From the human T2T-CHM13v2.0 reference genome, Homo sapiens, in the NCBI RefSeq assembly GCF_009914755.1, contig NC_060948.1: 64,000 bases of DNA; one strand, written 5' to 3'. The notes under the pieces are model-generated. The model saw only the letters and a list, made by a program, of their open reading frames with translations. It made no database searches and was not told where the DNA came from. The first letter of the stretch is position 1. Each line of letters starts with the position of its first letter. The position numbers and the translations under genes are program-made. Of the stretch, positions 16,786 to 32,301 are shown one piece after another.

Positions 16786-18909
16786 AGATCCATATTTTTT
16801 AAATGAAAAAAAATTTCAAAGGTACTCTGCTTGGTACAATAATCAAATGTATAAACTGAGGAATAAAACATAACCATGAAACCTACTTATAACTGCATAT
16901 GGAAAATACAGAGGATAATTTTTTAAATAACATATTTTGAAAGCCTTAACTAGTAATTTGAAGAGTTGGCATTTGAAAGGCCAGTATGAATGTACCTTCA
17001 AAGCAGCAACACAGGTTCCCCATGAGAAAAAGCAAACACAGGGAAAATAAAAACACAAAGGTTCAATCTCTTCTGACCTTTGAAAGACACAGCACAGACA
17101 GTGGTCCTTAGGACGAAGAGCAGGAGACCCCTAATTCCGTCACCATGGCGATAGGGCATAAACATTGCTGGGTGAGGGCACAATCCACATTGTGAGGTCC
17201 AACTGCTGCCAGGAAGACAGGAGTGCTTTTACATAGACCGAAAGGTCATTGAAGGCTCAGAGTTTTGTTTCAAGAACTGAATCCCAAGCCCACACGTTAT
17301 TAGGCTGCGCTTCTTAAAACAAGTTATGAGATGGGAAAAAGGGCACCCACAAACATACGTATACATTATGTATAATAATATACAGTATCATATATATAAT
17401 ATATATAAACTATGTATAATATTGTTTTACATCCTGCATCTTATGTTATATATATTGTATAAAATATAATAATTGATAATATATAAGTTTTATATTTATA
17501 CAATATGACATATAGTATATATTATAATTTATGACATTTATAATATATGTTATATATCATATATAGAATATATTATACGGTTAATATACGTATTAAATAT
17601 AAATTATACATTATATATATTATATATAATATATCTGTTATATATAATACCCATTATGCATAATATATATATTATGTCTATGTTATATATAGTATAAAAC
17701 AACATATAATAATATATAATTGTATATATAAAATGCGACATATAATATATATTATATTTTATAACATATGTAATATATATTATATATTATATATAATACG
17801 TTGTATGTATAATACCTATATTAAATATATATTATATGACTATGTTATTAATTACATGTCACATGTGTTATATATTATATATTTTACATAGAATATACCG
17901 GTTACATACAATATATACTATGTTACCTATAATGTATAATTTATTACATTTAAAATAAAGAATGCAATATATTATGTATAATTTATAATATACAATATGT
18001 GGAATGTGATATATATAACATATAATATATGATATATGATATACAGTATATGATATATAACATACAATATATGATTCCTAATATATATGGTATACAATAA
18101 ATATTTTATGATATGTATTCTATATGTTTTATATTCTGTTATATATAACTATTTGAAATTATATATAACTGTATAATATTTTATGTAAATATGTAATATA
18201 ATATATATAACTATATAATATATTATATATAACTATATATTATGTTATATATACTTTTATAACATAATGTACATAAAATATCATAATATAATATATACTA
18301 TATTATTTCATATTACATATTATATATTACATATCACCCAATATAACTAACATACATAATATTATAATATAGATTATATTATGTTATATTAAATATCATA
18401 TATATCATGTATCATATATTCTATAATATATATTACACATTATATAATATGTATGTTGTCTATTATGTGATATATATAACTATATATATAATTATATTTT
18501 TATACATATAACTAGATAAACATGAAATTCTACATATTTTCATTTATAATATGTAGAATTATATAATCATATATAATTATTTATATTCTATAAAAAATTT
18601 TATCATTATATAAATTATAATATATAAAAATTATAATATGTACTACAAATATATATATTATATATCATATATGATATAGTACCTTTGTTATATATCATAA
18701 TACATATAAATGTGTATTATGTTATCTATAATTATATAATTTCATATATAAGTTGTATAATATGCATCATATATTATATATGTTATGTAATATATATAGT
18801 ATATATAAGATGACAGGATAAATATTATATACTATGACATATAAAATATATCAGGTTATATGTTACATATAAGGCATAGCACATAACATGTAATATATAT
18901 CATATATAA

Positions 18910-19201
18910 TTTTTTTTTAGACAGAATCTTGTCCTGTTGCACAGGGTCGGGTACAATGGCGCCATGTTTGCTCACTGCAACTTCTGCCTCACGGGTCCAA
19001 GCGATTGTCCTCCCTCAGCCTCCCAGGTAGCTGGGACTACACCACACTGGGACTACACCAGCTGCCACCATGCCTAGCTAATTTTTTGTATTTTTAGTAG
19101 TGACAGCGTTTCACTGTATTGGCCAGGATGGTCTTGATCTCTTCACCTTGTGATCCCCTTGCCTTGGCCTCCAAATTTGCTGGGATTACAGGCCTGAGCC
19201 A
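18910..19201 (-). mobile_element. Alu copy in DYZ2 unit
   Basis: Near-identical to 1976-2267. Confidence 0.95.
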
Positions 19202-19743
19202 AGATCCATATTTTTTAAATGAAAAAAAATTTCAAAGGTACTCTGCTTGGTACAATAATCAAATGTATAAACTGAGGAATAAAACATAACCATGAAACCT
19301 ACTTATCACTGCATATGGAAAATACAGAGGATAATTTTTTAAATAACATATTTTGAAAGCCTTAACTAGTAATTTGAAGAGCTGGCATTTGAAAGGCCAG
19401 TATGAATATACCTTCAAAGCAGCAACACAGGTTCCCCATGAGAAAAAGCAAACACAGGGAAAATAAAAACACAAAGGTTCAATCTCTTCTGACCTTTGAA
19501 AGACACAGCACAGACAGTGGTCCTTAGGACGAAGAGCAGGAGACCCCTAATTCCGTCACCATGGCGATAGGGCATAAACATTGCTGGGTGAGGGCACAAT
19601 CCACATTGTGAGGTCCAACTGCTGCCAGGAAGACAGGAGTGCTTTTACATAGACCGAAAGGTCATTGAAGGCTCAGAGTTTTGTTTCAAGAACTGAATCC
19701 CAAGCCCACACGTTATTAGGCTGCGCTTCTTAAAACAAGTTAT

Positions 19744-21030
19744 GAGATGGGAAAAAGGGCACCCACAAACATACGTATACATTATGTATATAATAATATA
19801 CAGTATCATATATATAATATATATAACCTATGTATAATATTGTTTTACATCCTGCATCTTATGTTATATATATTGTATAAAATATAATAATTGATAATAT
19901 ATAAGTTTTATAATTATACAATATGACATATAGTATATATTATAATTTATGACATATATAATATATGTTATATGTCATATATAGAATATATTATACGGTT
20001 AATATACGTATTAAATATAAATTATACATTATATATATTATATATAATATATCTGTTATATATAATACCCATTATGCATAATATATATATTATGTCTATG
20101 TTTTATATAGTATAAACCAACATATAATAATATATAATTGTATATATAAAATGTGACATATAATATATATAATATTTTATGACATTTGTAACATGTATTA
20201 TATATTATATATATTACGTTGTATGTATAATACCTATATTAAATATATATTATATGACGATGTTATTAATTACATGTCACATATGTTATATATTATATAT
20301 TTTACATGGAATATACCGGTTACATATAATATATACTATGTTACCTATAATGTATAATTTATTACCTGTAATATAATGAATGTCATATATTATATATAAT
20401 TTATAATATACAATATGTGGAATGTGATATATATAACATATATGATATATGATATAAAGTATATGATATATAACATACAATATATGATACGTAATATATA
20501 TGGTATACAATATATATTTTATGATATGTATTCTATATGTTTTATATTCTGTTATATATAACTATTTGAAATTATATATAACTGTATAATATTTTATGTA
20601 AATATGTAATATAATATATATAACTATATAATATATTATATATAATTATATTTTATGTTATATATACTTTTATAACATAATTTACATAAAATATAATAAT
20701 ATAAAATATATTATATTATTTCATATTACATAATATATATTCAATATCACCCAATATAAGTAACATACATACTATTAAAATATAGATTATATTATGTTAT
20801 ATTAAATATCATTTATATCATGTATCCTATATTCTATAATATATATTATGCATTATATAATATGCATGTTGTCTATTATGTGATATATATAACTATATAT
20901 ATAATTGTATTATTATACATATAACTATATAAACATGTAATTCTATATATTTTCATTTATAATATATAGAATTATATAATCATAATTATTTATATTCTAT
21001 AAAAAATTATATCATTATATAAATTATAAT
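19744..21030. repeat. Truncated 1287 bp DYZ2 unit lacking the Alu and most of HSATI
   Basis: GAGATGGGAA occurs at 19744 and again at 21031, directly after ...aaattataat, with no Alu in between. Confidence 0.9.
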
Positions 21031-22590
21031 GAGATGGGAAATAGGGCACACACAAACATACGTATACATTATGTATATAATAATATACAGTATCATATAT
21101 ATAACATATATAACCTATGTATAATATTGTTTTACATCCTGCATCTTATATTATATATATTGTATATAATATAATAATTGATAATATATAAGTTTTATAT
21201 TTATACAATATGACATATAATATATATTATATTTTATTACATATATAATATATATTATGTATCATATATAATATATTATATGGTTAATATACGTATTAAA
21301 TATAAAATATATATTATAAGTATTATATATAGTGTACCTAAGTTATATATAATATACCCTATATATAATATATATATTATGTCTATGTTATATATAGTAT
21401 AAAACAACATATAATAATATATAATTTTATATATAAAATATGACATATAATATATATTATATTTTATGACCTGTATAATTTATATTATATATTATATACA
21501 ATACGTTGTATGTATAATATATATATTAAATATATATTATATGACTATGTTATTAATTATATGTCATATATGTTGTATATTATATATTTTACATAGAATA
21601 TACTGGTTATATATAATATATACTATGTTACCTATAATGTATAATTTATTACATATAATATAATGTATGTCATATATTATATATAATTTATAATATACAA
21701 TATGTGGAATATGATATATATAACATATAATATATGATATATGATATACAATATATGATATATAATATACAATATATGATACATTATATATATGGTATAC
21801 AATATATATTTTATGATATGTATTATATATGTTTTATATTATGTTATATATAAGTATGTGAAATAATATATAACTGTATAATATTTTATGTAAATATGTA
21901 ACATAATATATATAACTATGAAATATATTATATATAACTATAAATTATGTCTTATATAGTTTTATTACACTTTACATAAAATATCATAATATAATATATA
22001 TTATATTATTTTATATTACATAATATATATTATATATCACCTAATATAAGTTACATACATAATATTAAAATATAGATTATATTATGATGTATTAAATATC
22101 ATATATATCATGTATCATATATTGTATAATATATATTATACATTTTATATTATATATGTTGTCTATTATGTGATATATATAATTATATATATAATTACAT
22201 TATTATACATATAACTACATAAAGATGTAATTCCATATGTTTTCATTTACAGTATATATAATTATATAATCATATATATTTATTTATATTCTAGAAAAAA
22301 TTATATCATTATATAAATAATAATATATAAAAATTATAATATGTACTAAAATATATATATTATATATCATATATGATATAGTATATTTGTTATATATCAT
22401 ATTACATATAACTATATATTATGTTATCTATAATAACATATTTTCATATATAAGATGTATAATATGTATTATATATTATAAATGTTATGTAATATATATA
22501 GTATACATAAGATGACACAGGATAAATATTATATACTATGACATATAAAATATATGAGGTTATATGTTACATATAAGGCATAGCACATAA

Positions 22591-22905
<315 letters not shown>

Positions 22906-25002
22906 AGATCCATATTTTTTAAATGAAAAAAAATTTCAAAGGTACTCTGCTTGGTACAGTAATCAAATCTATAAACTGAGGAATAAAACATAACCGTGAA
23001 ACATACTTATAACTGCATATGGAAAATACAGAGTATAATTTTTTAAAATAACATATTTTGAAAGCCTTAACTAGTAATTTGAAGGGTTTGCATTTGAAAG
23101 GCCAGTATGAATATACCTTCAAAGCAGCAACACAGGTTCCAAATGAGAACAATCAAACTCAGGGAAAATAAAACCACAAATGTTCACTCTGTTCTGACCT
23201 TTGAAAAACACAGCACAGACAGTGGCACTTAGGACCAAGAGCAGGAGATCCCTAATCCCGTCACCATGGCGATAGGGCATAAACATTGCGGGGTGAGGGC
23301 ACAATGCACATTGTGAGGTCCAATTGCTGCCAGGAAGACAGGAGTGCTTTTACATAGACCGAAAGGTCATTGAAGGCTCAGATTTTCGTTTCAAAAACTG
23401 AATCCCAAGCCCACACGTTATTATGCTGCACTTCTTAAAACAAGTTATGAGAAGGGAAATAGGGCACTCACAACATACGTATATAGTATGTATATAATAA
23501 TATACACTATCATATATATAATATATATAACCTATGTATAATATTGTTTTACATCCTGCATCTTATATTATATATATTATATGTAATATAATAATTGATA
23601 ATATATAAGTTTATATTTATACAATATGACATATAATATATATTATATTTTATGACATATATAATATAGATTATATATCATATATAGAATATACTATACG
23701 GTTAATATACGTATTAAATATATAATATACATTATATATATTATATCTACGTTATATATAACATTAACTATAGATAATATATATATTATATCTAGCTTAT
23801 ATATAATATAAAATAACAGATAATTATATATAATTGTATATATAAAATATGACATATAATATATATTATATTTTATGACATATATATCATATATATTATA
23901 TATTATATATAATATGTTGTATGTATAATACATATATTATATATATATTATAAGTCTAAATTATTAATTATATGCAATATATGTTATATATTACATATTT
24001 TACATTTCATACACATGTTACATACAATATATACTATGTTACATGTTACCTAGAATTTATTATATATAATATAATGTATGTCATATATTATATATACTTT
24101 ATAGTATGCAATATGTGGAATGTGATATATATAACATGTAATATATGATATATGATATACGATATATGATATATAATATACAATATATGATACATTTTAT
24201 ATATGGTATACAATATATATTTTATGATATATATCATATATGTTTTATATTATATTATACATAACCATTTAATTATATATAACTCTATAATATTGTAGGT
24301 AAATATATAATATAATACATATAACCATATATTATGTTATTTATAATTTTATTACGTACATTCAATAATATATCATAATATAATATATATTATATTATAT
24401 TATTTTATATTACATAATATATATTATATATCACATAGTATGTGTTACATACATAATATTTAAATATATATTATATTATGATATATTAAATATTATATAT
24501 ATTATGTATGCTATACTGTATAATATATATTATATATTATATATTATGCAGGGTGTCTATTATATGATATATATTATAATATATATAATTATATTATACA
24601 TATAACGATATAAATATGTAATTATATTTAACATTATTTATATTACATATAGTTATATAATCATATATAATAATTTATATTATAAAAATAATTATATCAT
24701 TATATAAATTATAGTATATATAAATTATAATATGTGATAAATAATATATATTATATATCATATATGATATAGCATATATGTTATATATCATATTATATAT
24801 CAATTTACGTTATGATATCTATAATTATATATTTTCATATATAAGATGTATAATATGAATTATATATTATATATGTTATTAAATATATACTTTATATAAA
24901 ATGACACAGGATAAATGTTATATATTATGACATATGATATATATGCGGTTATATATTATATATGAAGCATATTACATAACATATAATATATATCATATAT
25001 AA

Positions 25003-25294
<292 letters not shown>

Positions 25295-26760
25295 AGATCC
25301 ATATTTTTTAAATGAAAAAAAATTTCAAAGTTATTCTGCTTGGTACAATAATCAAATATATAAACTGAGGGTTAAAACATAACCTTGGAACATATTTATA
25401 AGTGCATATGGATAATACAGAGGATAATTTTTTAAATAACATATTTTGAAAGCATTAACTGGTAATTTGAAGAGTTGGCATTTGAAAGGCCAGTATGAAT
25501 ATACCTTCAAAGCAGCAACACAGGTTCCCCATGAGAAAAATCAAACTTAGGGAAAATAAAACCACAAAGGTTCAATCTTTTCTGACCTTTGAAAGACACA
25601 GCACAGACAGTGGTCCTTAGGACGAAGAGCAGGAGACCCCTAATTCCGTCACCATGGCGATAGGGCATAAACATTGCTGGGTGAGGGCACAATCCACATT
25701 GTGAGGTCCAACTGCTGCCAGGAAGACAGGAGTGCTTTTACATAGACCCAAAGGTCATTGAAGGCTCAGTGTTTTGTTTCAAAAACTGAATCCCAAGCCC
25801 ACACGTTATTATGCTGTGCTTCTTAAAAAAAGTTATGAGATGGGAAATAGGGCACCCACAATTATATCTATACATTATGTATATAATAATATATAGAATC
25901 ATATATATAATATATGTAACATATATATATAATACTGTTTTACATCCTGCAGTTATATTATATATATTATATGTATTATAATAACTGGTAATGTATAAGT
26001 ATTATATTTATACACTGTGACATATAATAATTATATTTTATGCCGTATATAATATATATTATATATCATATACCAAATATATTATATGGTTAATATACGT
26101 ATTAAATATATAATATACATTATAAATATTATATCTACGTTATATATAACATTCACTATAGTTAATATATATATTATATCTAGCTTATATATAATATAAA
26201 ATAACATGTAATAATATATAACTGTATATATAAAATATGACATATAATATATATTATATTTTATGACATATATATGATATGTATTATATATTATATATAA
26301 TATGTTGTAAGTATAATACATGTATTAAATATATATTATATGTCTATGTTATTAATTATATGTAATATATGTTATATATTACATATTTGATATGGAATAC
26401 ACATGTTACATAGAATATATTCTATGTTACATATAACGTAGAATTTATTATGTGTAATATAATGTATGGCATATATTATAAATTCCTTATAATATACAAT
26501 ATGTGGAATGTGATATATATAACTTGTAATATATGATATATGATATACAATATATGTTATATAACATACAATATATGATACATAATATATATGGTATAGA
26601 ATATATATTTTATGTTATATATTATATATGTTTTATATTTTATTATATATAAATATTTAAAATTATATATAACTGTATAATGTTATACGTAAATATATAA
26701 TATACTACATATAACCATATATTATGTTATATAAAATTTTATTACATACTTTCCATAATA

Positions 26761-26775
26761 TATCATATGGACTCC
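26761..26775. other. DYZ2/DYZ1 array junction
   Basis: tatcata|tggactcc: the AT-rich DYZ2 sequence switches directly to HSat3 with no spacer. Confidence 0.93.
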
Positions 26776-29546
26776 TTTGGAATGGTCTAGTATGCAATGC
26801 AATCGACTGGCAGGGAATTAAAAGGAATGCAATCGAATGGATTGCACAGGAATGCAATGGACTCGAATAGATTGGAAACAGAATGCAAAGGAATGGAATG
26901 GAATAGTATGGAATGGAATGGAAAGGAATGGAGTGGAATAGACTAGAGTAGAATGGAATTTACTCGAAAGCAATGGACTGGAATAGAACTTTCTTGAATG
27001 GGCTGGAATCAAACGGAATGGAATGCTGTGCAATCAAATAGAATGAAAGAGAATCAAATCCAATCGAATGGATTGGAAAGGAATTGACTGAAATGGAATG
27101 GACTAGAATGGAAGGCAAAGGAATGGAATCTATAGGAATGGACTGTAATGGAATGGAATGGAAGGGATTGGAATGGAATCGAATGGAATGGACTGCAATA
27201 GAAAGGATTCGAATGGAATGAAAAAGAATTGAATGGAATAGAACAGAATGGAATCAAATCGAATGAAATGGAATGAAATAGAAAGGATTCGAATGGAATG
27301 CAATCGAACGGAATGGAATCGAACGGAATGGAATAAAATGGAAGAAAACTGGCAAGAAATGGAATCGAAATGAATGGAGTGTTATGGAACGGACTCAAAA
27401 GGAATTGAATGTAATAGAATGGAGTGGAGTGGACTCGAATATAATGGACTGGAATGGAATGAAATCACATGGAATGGGAACGAATGGAATGGAATGGAAA
27501 GGAATGGAATCGAATGGAAAGGAATCGAATGGAAGGGAATGAAATTGAATCAACAGGAATGGAAGGGAATAGAATAGACGGTAATGGAATGGACTCGAAT
27601 AGAATGGACACGAATGCTCAAATTGAATGGACTCGAATGGAATGGAAACGAAAGGAATGTCATCGAATGTAATTGAATCGATTGGAATGAAATCGCATAG
27701 AATGGAGTGGAATCAAATGGAATTGAGTCGAAAGGAAAGGAAGCGAATGGACTGAAATGAAATGGAATGGAATTGAATGGAAAGTAATGCAATGGAATAG
27801 AATGGAACGAAATTTCACGGAATGGAATCAAACTGAATGGAATCAAATCAATGGAATCAAATCAAATGGAATGGAAAGGAATTGAATGGAGTAGATGGGA
27901 TTGGATGGGATTGGAATGAAATGTACTGGAAAGAACTCGAATTTCATGAAACGGAATGGAATGAATTGGAACGGAATGGACTCGAATGGAATGGAATGTC
28001 ATGGAATGGCATCAAATGGAATGGCATCAAATGGAATGGAATCGAATGCAATGGAATGCTATGGAATGGAATGGAATGCATTGGAATGGAATGTCCTCTA
28101 ATGGAATGGATTCGAGTGGAATGGAATCGAATATAATGGAGTCGAATGAAATGGAATTGAAAGGAATGGGACCGAATACAATGGAATATACTGGAATGTA
28201 ATGTAATGAACTCGAATGTAATTGACTGCAATGGAATGTACATGAATGGAATGTAATCGAATGGAAAGTAATCCAATGGAATAGAATCTAATGCAATAAA
28301 ATCGACTCAAATAGAATAGAATGTAATGGAATGGAGTGCAGTGCAATGGAATGGAATGGAATGGAATGCAGTGGAATGGAATGGAATGGAATGCAATGGA
28401 ATGGAATGTATTAGAATGTAATGAACATTAATGGAATGTACTCGAATGGATTCGACTGGAATGGAATGTTCTGGAAGTTTATGGACTCCAATGGAATAGA
28501 TTCGAAAGGAATGGAATCGAACGGAATGGAATCTAATGGAATGGAATTAAATGGAAATGAATCAAATTGAGTAGCACGGAATTGAATTGAATGGAATAGA
28601 ATGCAATGTAATCTAATGAAACAGAAAGGAAAGGAATGGAATGGAATGGAATGGGCTGGAATGGAATGGAATCGAAACGAATGGAATGGAATCGAACTAA
28701 AGAGACTGGAATGGAATGCACTGGAATGGAAGGGAGTGTAATGGAAGGTTCTCGAAAAAAATGGAATCGAATGGAATGGAATTGAATGGAACGGAATAGA
28801 GTCGAATGGAATTGAATGGAATGGAATGGACTAGAGTGAAATGGAATCGAACCACAAGGAATGGAGAGGAATAGAATGGTCTCGAATTGAATGGAATCGT
28901 ATGGAATGGCATCAAACGGAATGGAATGGACAGCCACGGAATGGAATGCACTCGAATGCAATGGAGTCGAAACTAATGGACTGGAATAGAATGGACTCGA
29001 CTGGTACGGACTCCAATGGAATGGAATCGAATGGAAGGGAATCGAACGGAATGGACTCGAAGGGAAAAGACTGCAATGGAAAGGTCTCGAATGGAATGGA
29101 AATTAATGGAATGGAATGGAATCGAATGAAATGGAGTCAAAAGGAATGGAATCGAATGGCAAGAAATCGAATGTAATGGAATCGCAAGGAATTGATGTGA
29201 ACGGAACGGAATGGAATGGAATCCAAAGGAATGGAATAGAATGGAATGGAATCAAATGGAAAGGACTCGAATGGAAATCACTCGAATAGAATGCAATTTA
29301 ATAAAATAGGATCAAATGTAATGCAATGGAATGGAAAGGAATCGAAACGAAAGGAATGGAGACAGATGGAATGGAATGTAACAGAGAGCAATGGTATAGA
29401 ATGGAATGGAATCATCTGGAATGGAATTGAATGGAATGCAATAACATGAAATGGAATGGAATGGAATGGAATGCCCTTGAATTAAATGGACTGGAATGGA
29501 ATGGACTCGAACAGAGTGTAATGGAAAGTGTTGAAATAGAATGGAA
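26768..29546 (+). repeat. Shortened first DYZ1 unit (2779 bp)
   Basis: Landmark spacing is 2779 versus 3544 in the next unit. The unit lacks a ~680 bp block present at about 31250-31930 in the next unit. Confidence 0.9.
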
Positions 29547-29763
29547 TGGACTCGTTTGGAATGGTCTAGTATGCAATGCAATCGACTGGCAGGGAATCAA
29601 AAGGAATGTAATCGAATGGATTGGACTGGAATGCAATGGACTCGAATAGATTGGAAACGGAATGCAAAGGAATGGAATGGAATAGTATGGAATGGAATGG
29701 AAAGGAATGGAGTGGAATAGACTAGAGTGGAATGGAATGGACTCAAAAGCAATGGACTGGAAT

Positions 29764-29778
29764 GGAACTTTCTTGAAT
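29764..29778. promoter_or_regulatory. Perfect 3-unit heat-shock element motif gGAActTTCttGAAt (site a; one per DYZ1 unit)
   Basis: Exact match to nGAAnnTTCnnGAAn. Also at 26985, 33308, 36852, 40421, 43934, 47503, 51015, 54554, 58068 and 61582. The motif match is direct, but binding is not shown. Confidence 0.55.
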
Positions 29779-32006
29779 GGACTGGAATCAAACGGAATGG
29801 AATGCAATGCAATCAAATGGCATGGAATAAAATAGAATGAAAGAGAATCAAATGGAATTGAATGGAATGGAATCGAATGGATTGGAAAGGAATAGAATGG
29901 AATGGAATGGAATTGACTCAAATGGAATGGACTAGAATGGAATGGATTCGAATGGAAGGCAAAGGAATGGAATCTATTGGAATGGACTGTAATGGAATGG
30001 AATGGAAGGGATTGGAATGGACTCGAATGGAATGGACTGCAATAGAAAGGATTCGAATGGAATGAAAAAGAATTGAATGGAATAGAACAGAATGGAATCA
30101 AATCGAATGAAATGGAATGGAATAGAAAGGAATGGAATGAAATGGAATGGAAAGGATTCGAATGGAATGCAATCGAATGGAATGGAATCGAACGGAATGG
30201 AATAAAATGGAAGAAAACTGGCAAGAAATGGAATCGAAATGAATGGAGTGTTATGGAACGGACTCAAAAGGAATTGAATGTAATAGAATTGAGTGAAGTG
30301 GACTCGAATATAATGGACTGGAATGGAATGAAATCACATGGAATGGGAACGAATGGAATGGAATGGAAAGGAATGGAATCGAATGGAAAGGAATGGAATG
30401 GAAGGGAATGAAACTGAATCAACAGGAATGGAAGGGAGTAGAATAGACGGTAATGGAATGGACTCGAATAGAATGGACACGAATGCACAAATTGAATGGA
30501 CTCGAATGGAATGGAAACGAAAGGAATGTCATCGAATGGAATTGAATCGATTGGAATGAAATCGCATAGAATGGAGTGGAATCAAATGGAATTGAATCGA
30601 AAGGAAAGGAAGCGAATGGACTGAAATGGAATGGAATGGAATGGAAAGTAATGCAATGGAATAGAATGGAACGAAATTTCACGGAATGGAATCAAACTGA
30701 ATAGAATCAAATCAATGGAATATAATCAAATGGAATGGAAAGGAATTGAATGGAGTAGATTGGATTGGATGGGATTGGAATGAAATGGAATGGAAAGGAC
30801 TCGAATTTCATGAAACGGAATGGAATGAATTGGAACGGAATGGACTCGAATGGAATGGAATGTCATGGAATTGCATCAAATGGAATGGCATCAAAGGGAA
30901 TGGAATCGAATGCAATGGAATGCTATGGAATGGAATGGAATGCATTGGAATGGAATGTCCTCTAATGGAATGGATTCGAGTGGAATGGAATCGAATATAA
31001 TGGAGTCGAATGAAATGGAATTGAAAGGAATGGGATCGAATACAATGGAATATACTGGAATGTAACGTAATGAACTCGAATGTAATTGACTGGAATGGAA
31101 TGTACACGAATGGAATGTAATCGAATGGAAAGTAATCCAATGGAATAGAATCTAATGCAATAAAATCGACTCAAATAGAATAGAATGCAATGGAATGGAG
31201 TGCAGTGCAATGGAATGGAATGGAATGGAATGCAATGGAATGGAATGGAATGGAATGGAATGCAATGGGATGGAATGGTATGGAATGGATAGTAATGGAC
31301 TGGAGTGAAATGGACTGGAAAGGAATGGACTCAAATTGAAAGGTCTCGAAAGGAATGGAGTCAAATGGAATGGTCTGGAATGGAATGAACACGAATGTAA
31401 TGCAATCCAATAGAATGGAATCGAATGGCATGGAATATAAAGAAATGGAATCGAAGAGAATGGAAACAAATGGAATGGAATTGAATGGAATGGAATTGAA
31501 TGGAATGGGAACGAATGGAGTGAAATTGTATGCAGTAGAAGAGAATAGAATGGAATGCAAGCGAAAGGAAAGGAATGGATTGGAATGGAATGGAATTCAT
31601 TGGAATGGAAGGGAATGTAGTGTAATGGACAGGCCTGGAATAAAGTGGAATGCTACGGTCTCGAATGGAATAAAAATGTATGGAATGGAATGCAATGAAA
31701 CGGAATCGAATGTCATAGAATGTAATGGAATGCAAAAAAATGGAATCCAAAATCATTGACTGGAAAGGCTGGGTGTCGAAAGGAATTGACTCCAATGGAA
31801 TGGAATCGAATGGAATGGAAGTGAATAGAATCGAACTAAATCGAATGGAATGGAATTGATAGGAACGGAATGGAAAGGAATGCAATGATTTGGCATGGAA
31901 TGGAATCGAATGGCATCGAATGGAATGGAATGGAATGCAATGGAATGGAATGTATTAGAATGTAATGAACTTTAATGGAATGTACTCGAATGGATTCGAC
32001 TGGAAT

Positions 32007-32021
32007 GGAATGTTCTGGAAG
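32007..32021. promoter_or_regulatory. Perfect 3-unit heat-shock element motif gGAAtgTTCt(g/c)GAAg (site b)
   Basis: Exact match. Also at 28463, 35556, 39105, 42643, 46187, 49725, 53263, 56777, 60291 and 63804. Confidence 0.55.
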
Positions 32022-32286
32022 TGAATGGACTCCAATGGAATGGATTCGAAAGGAATGGAATCGTACGGAATGGAATCTAATGGAATGGAATTAAATGGAA
32101 ATGAATCAAATTGAATAGCACGGAATTGAATTGAATGGAATGGAATGCAATGGAATCTAATGAAACGGAAAGGAAAGGAATGGAATGGAATGGAATGGGC
32201 TGGAATGGAAAGGAATCGAAACGAATGGAATGGAATCGAACTGAAGAGACTGGAATGGAATGCACTGGAATGGAAGGGAGTGTAAT

Positions 32287-32301
32287 GGAAGGTTCTCGAA
32301 A
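32287..32301. promoter_or_regulatory. Perfect 3-unit heat-shock element motif gGAAggTTCtcGAAa (site c)
   Basis: Exact match. Also at 28743, 35816, 39385, 42913, 46467, 49995 and 60546. It is broken (TTCtcAAG) at 53533 and 57047. Confidence 0.55.

Noticed and set aside
30670-30815. Additional HSE-like words gaaatttcacgga and gaatttcatgaa
   Set aside because: Only two correctly spaced inverted nGAAn units; the third is out of register, so they were not counted as full HSEs.
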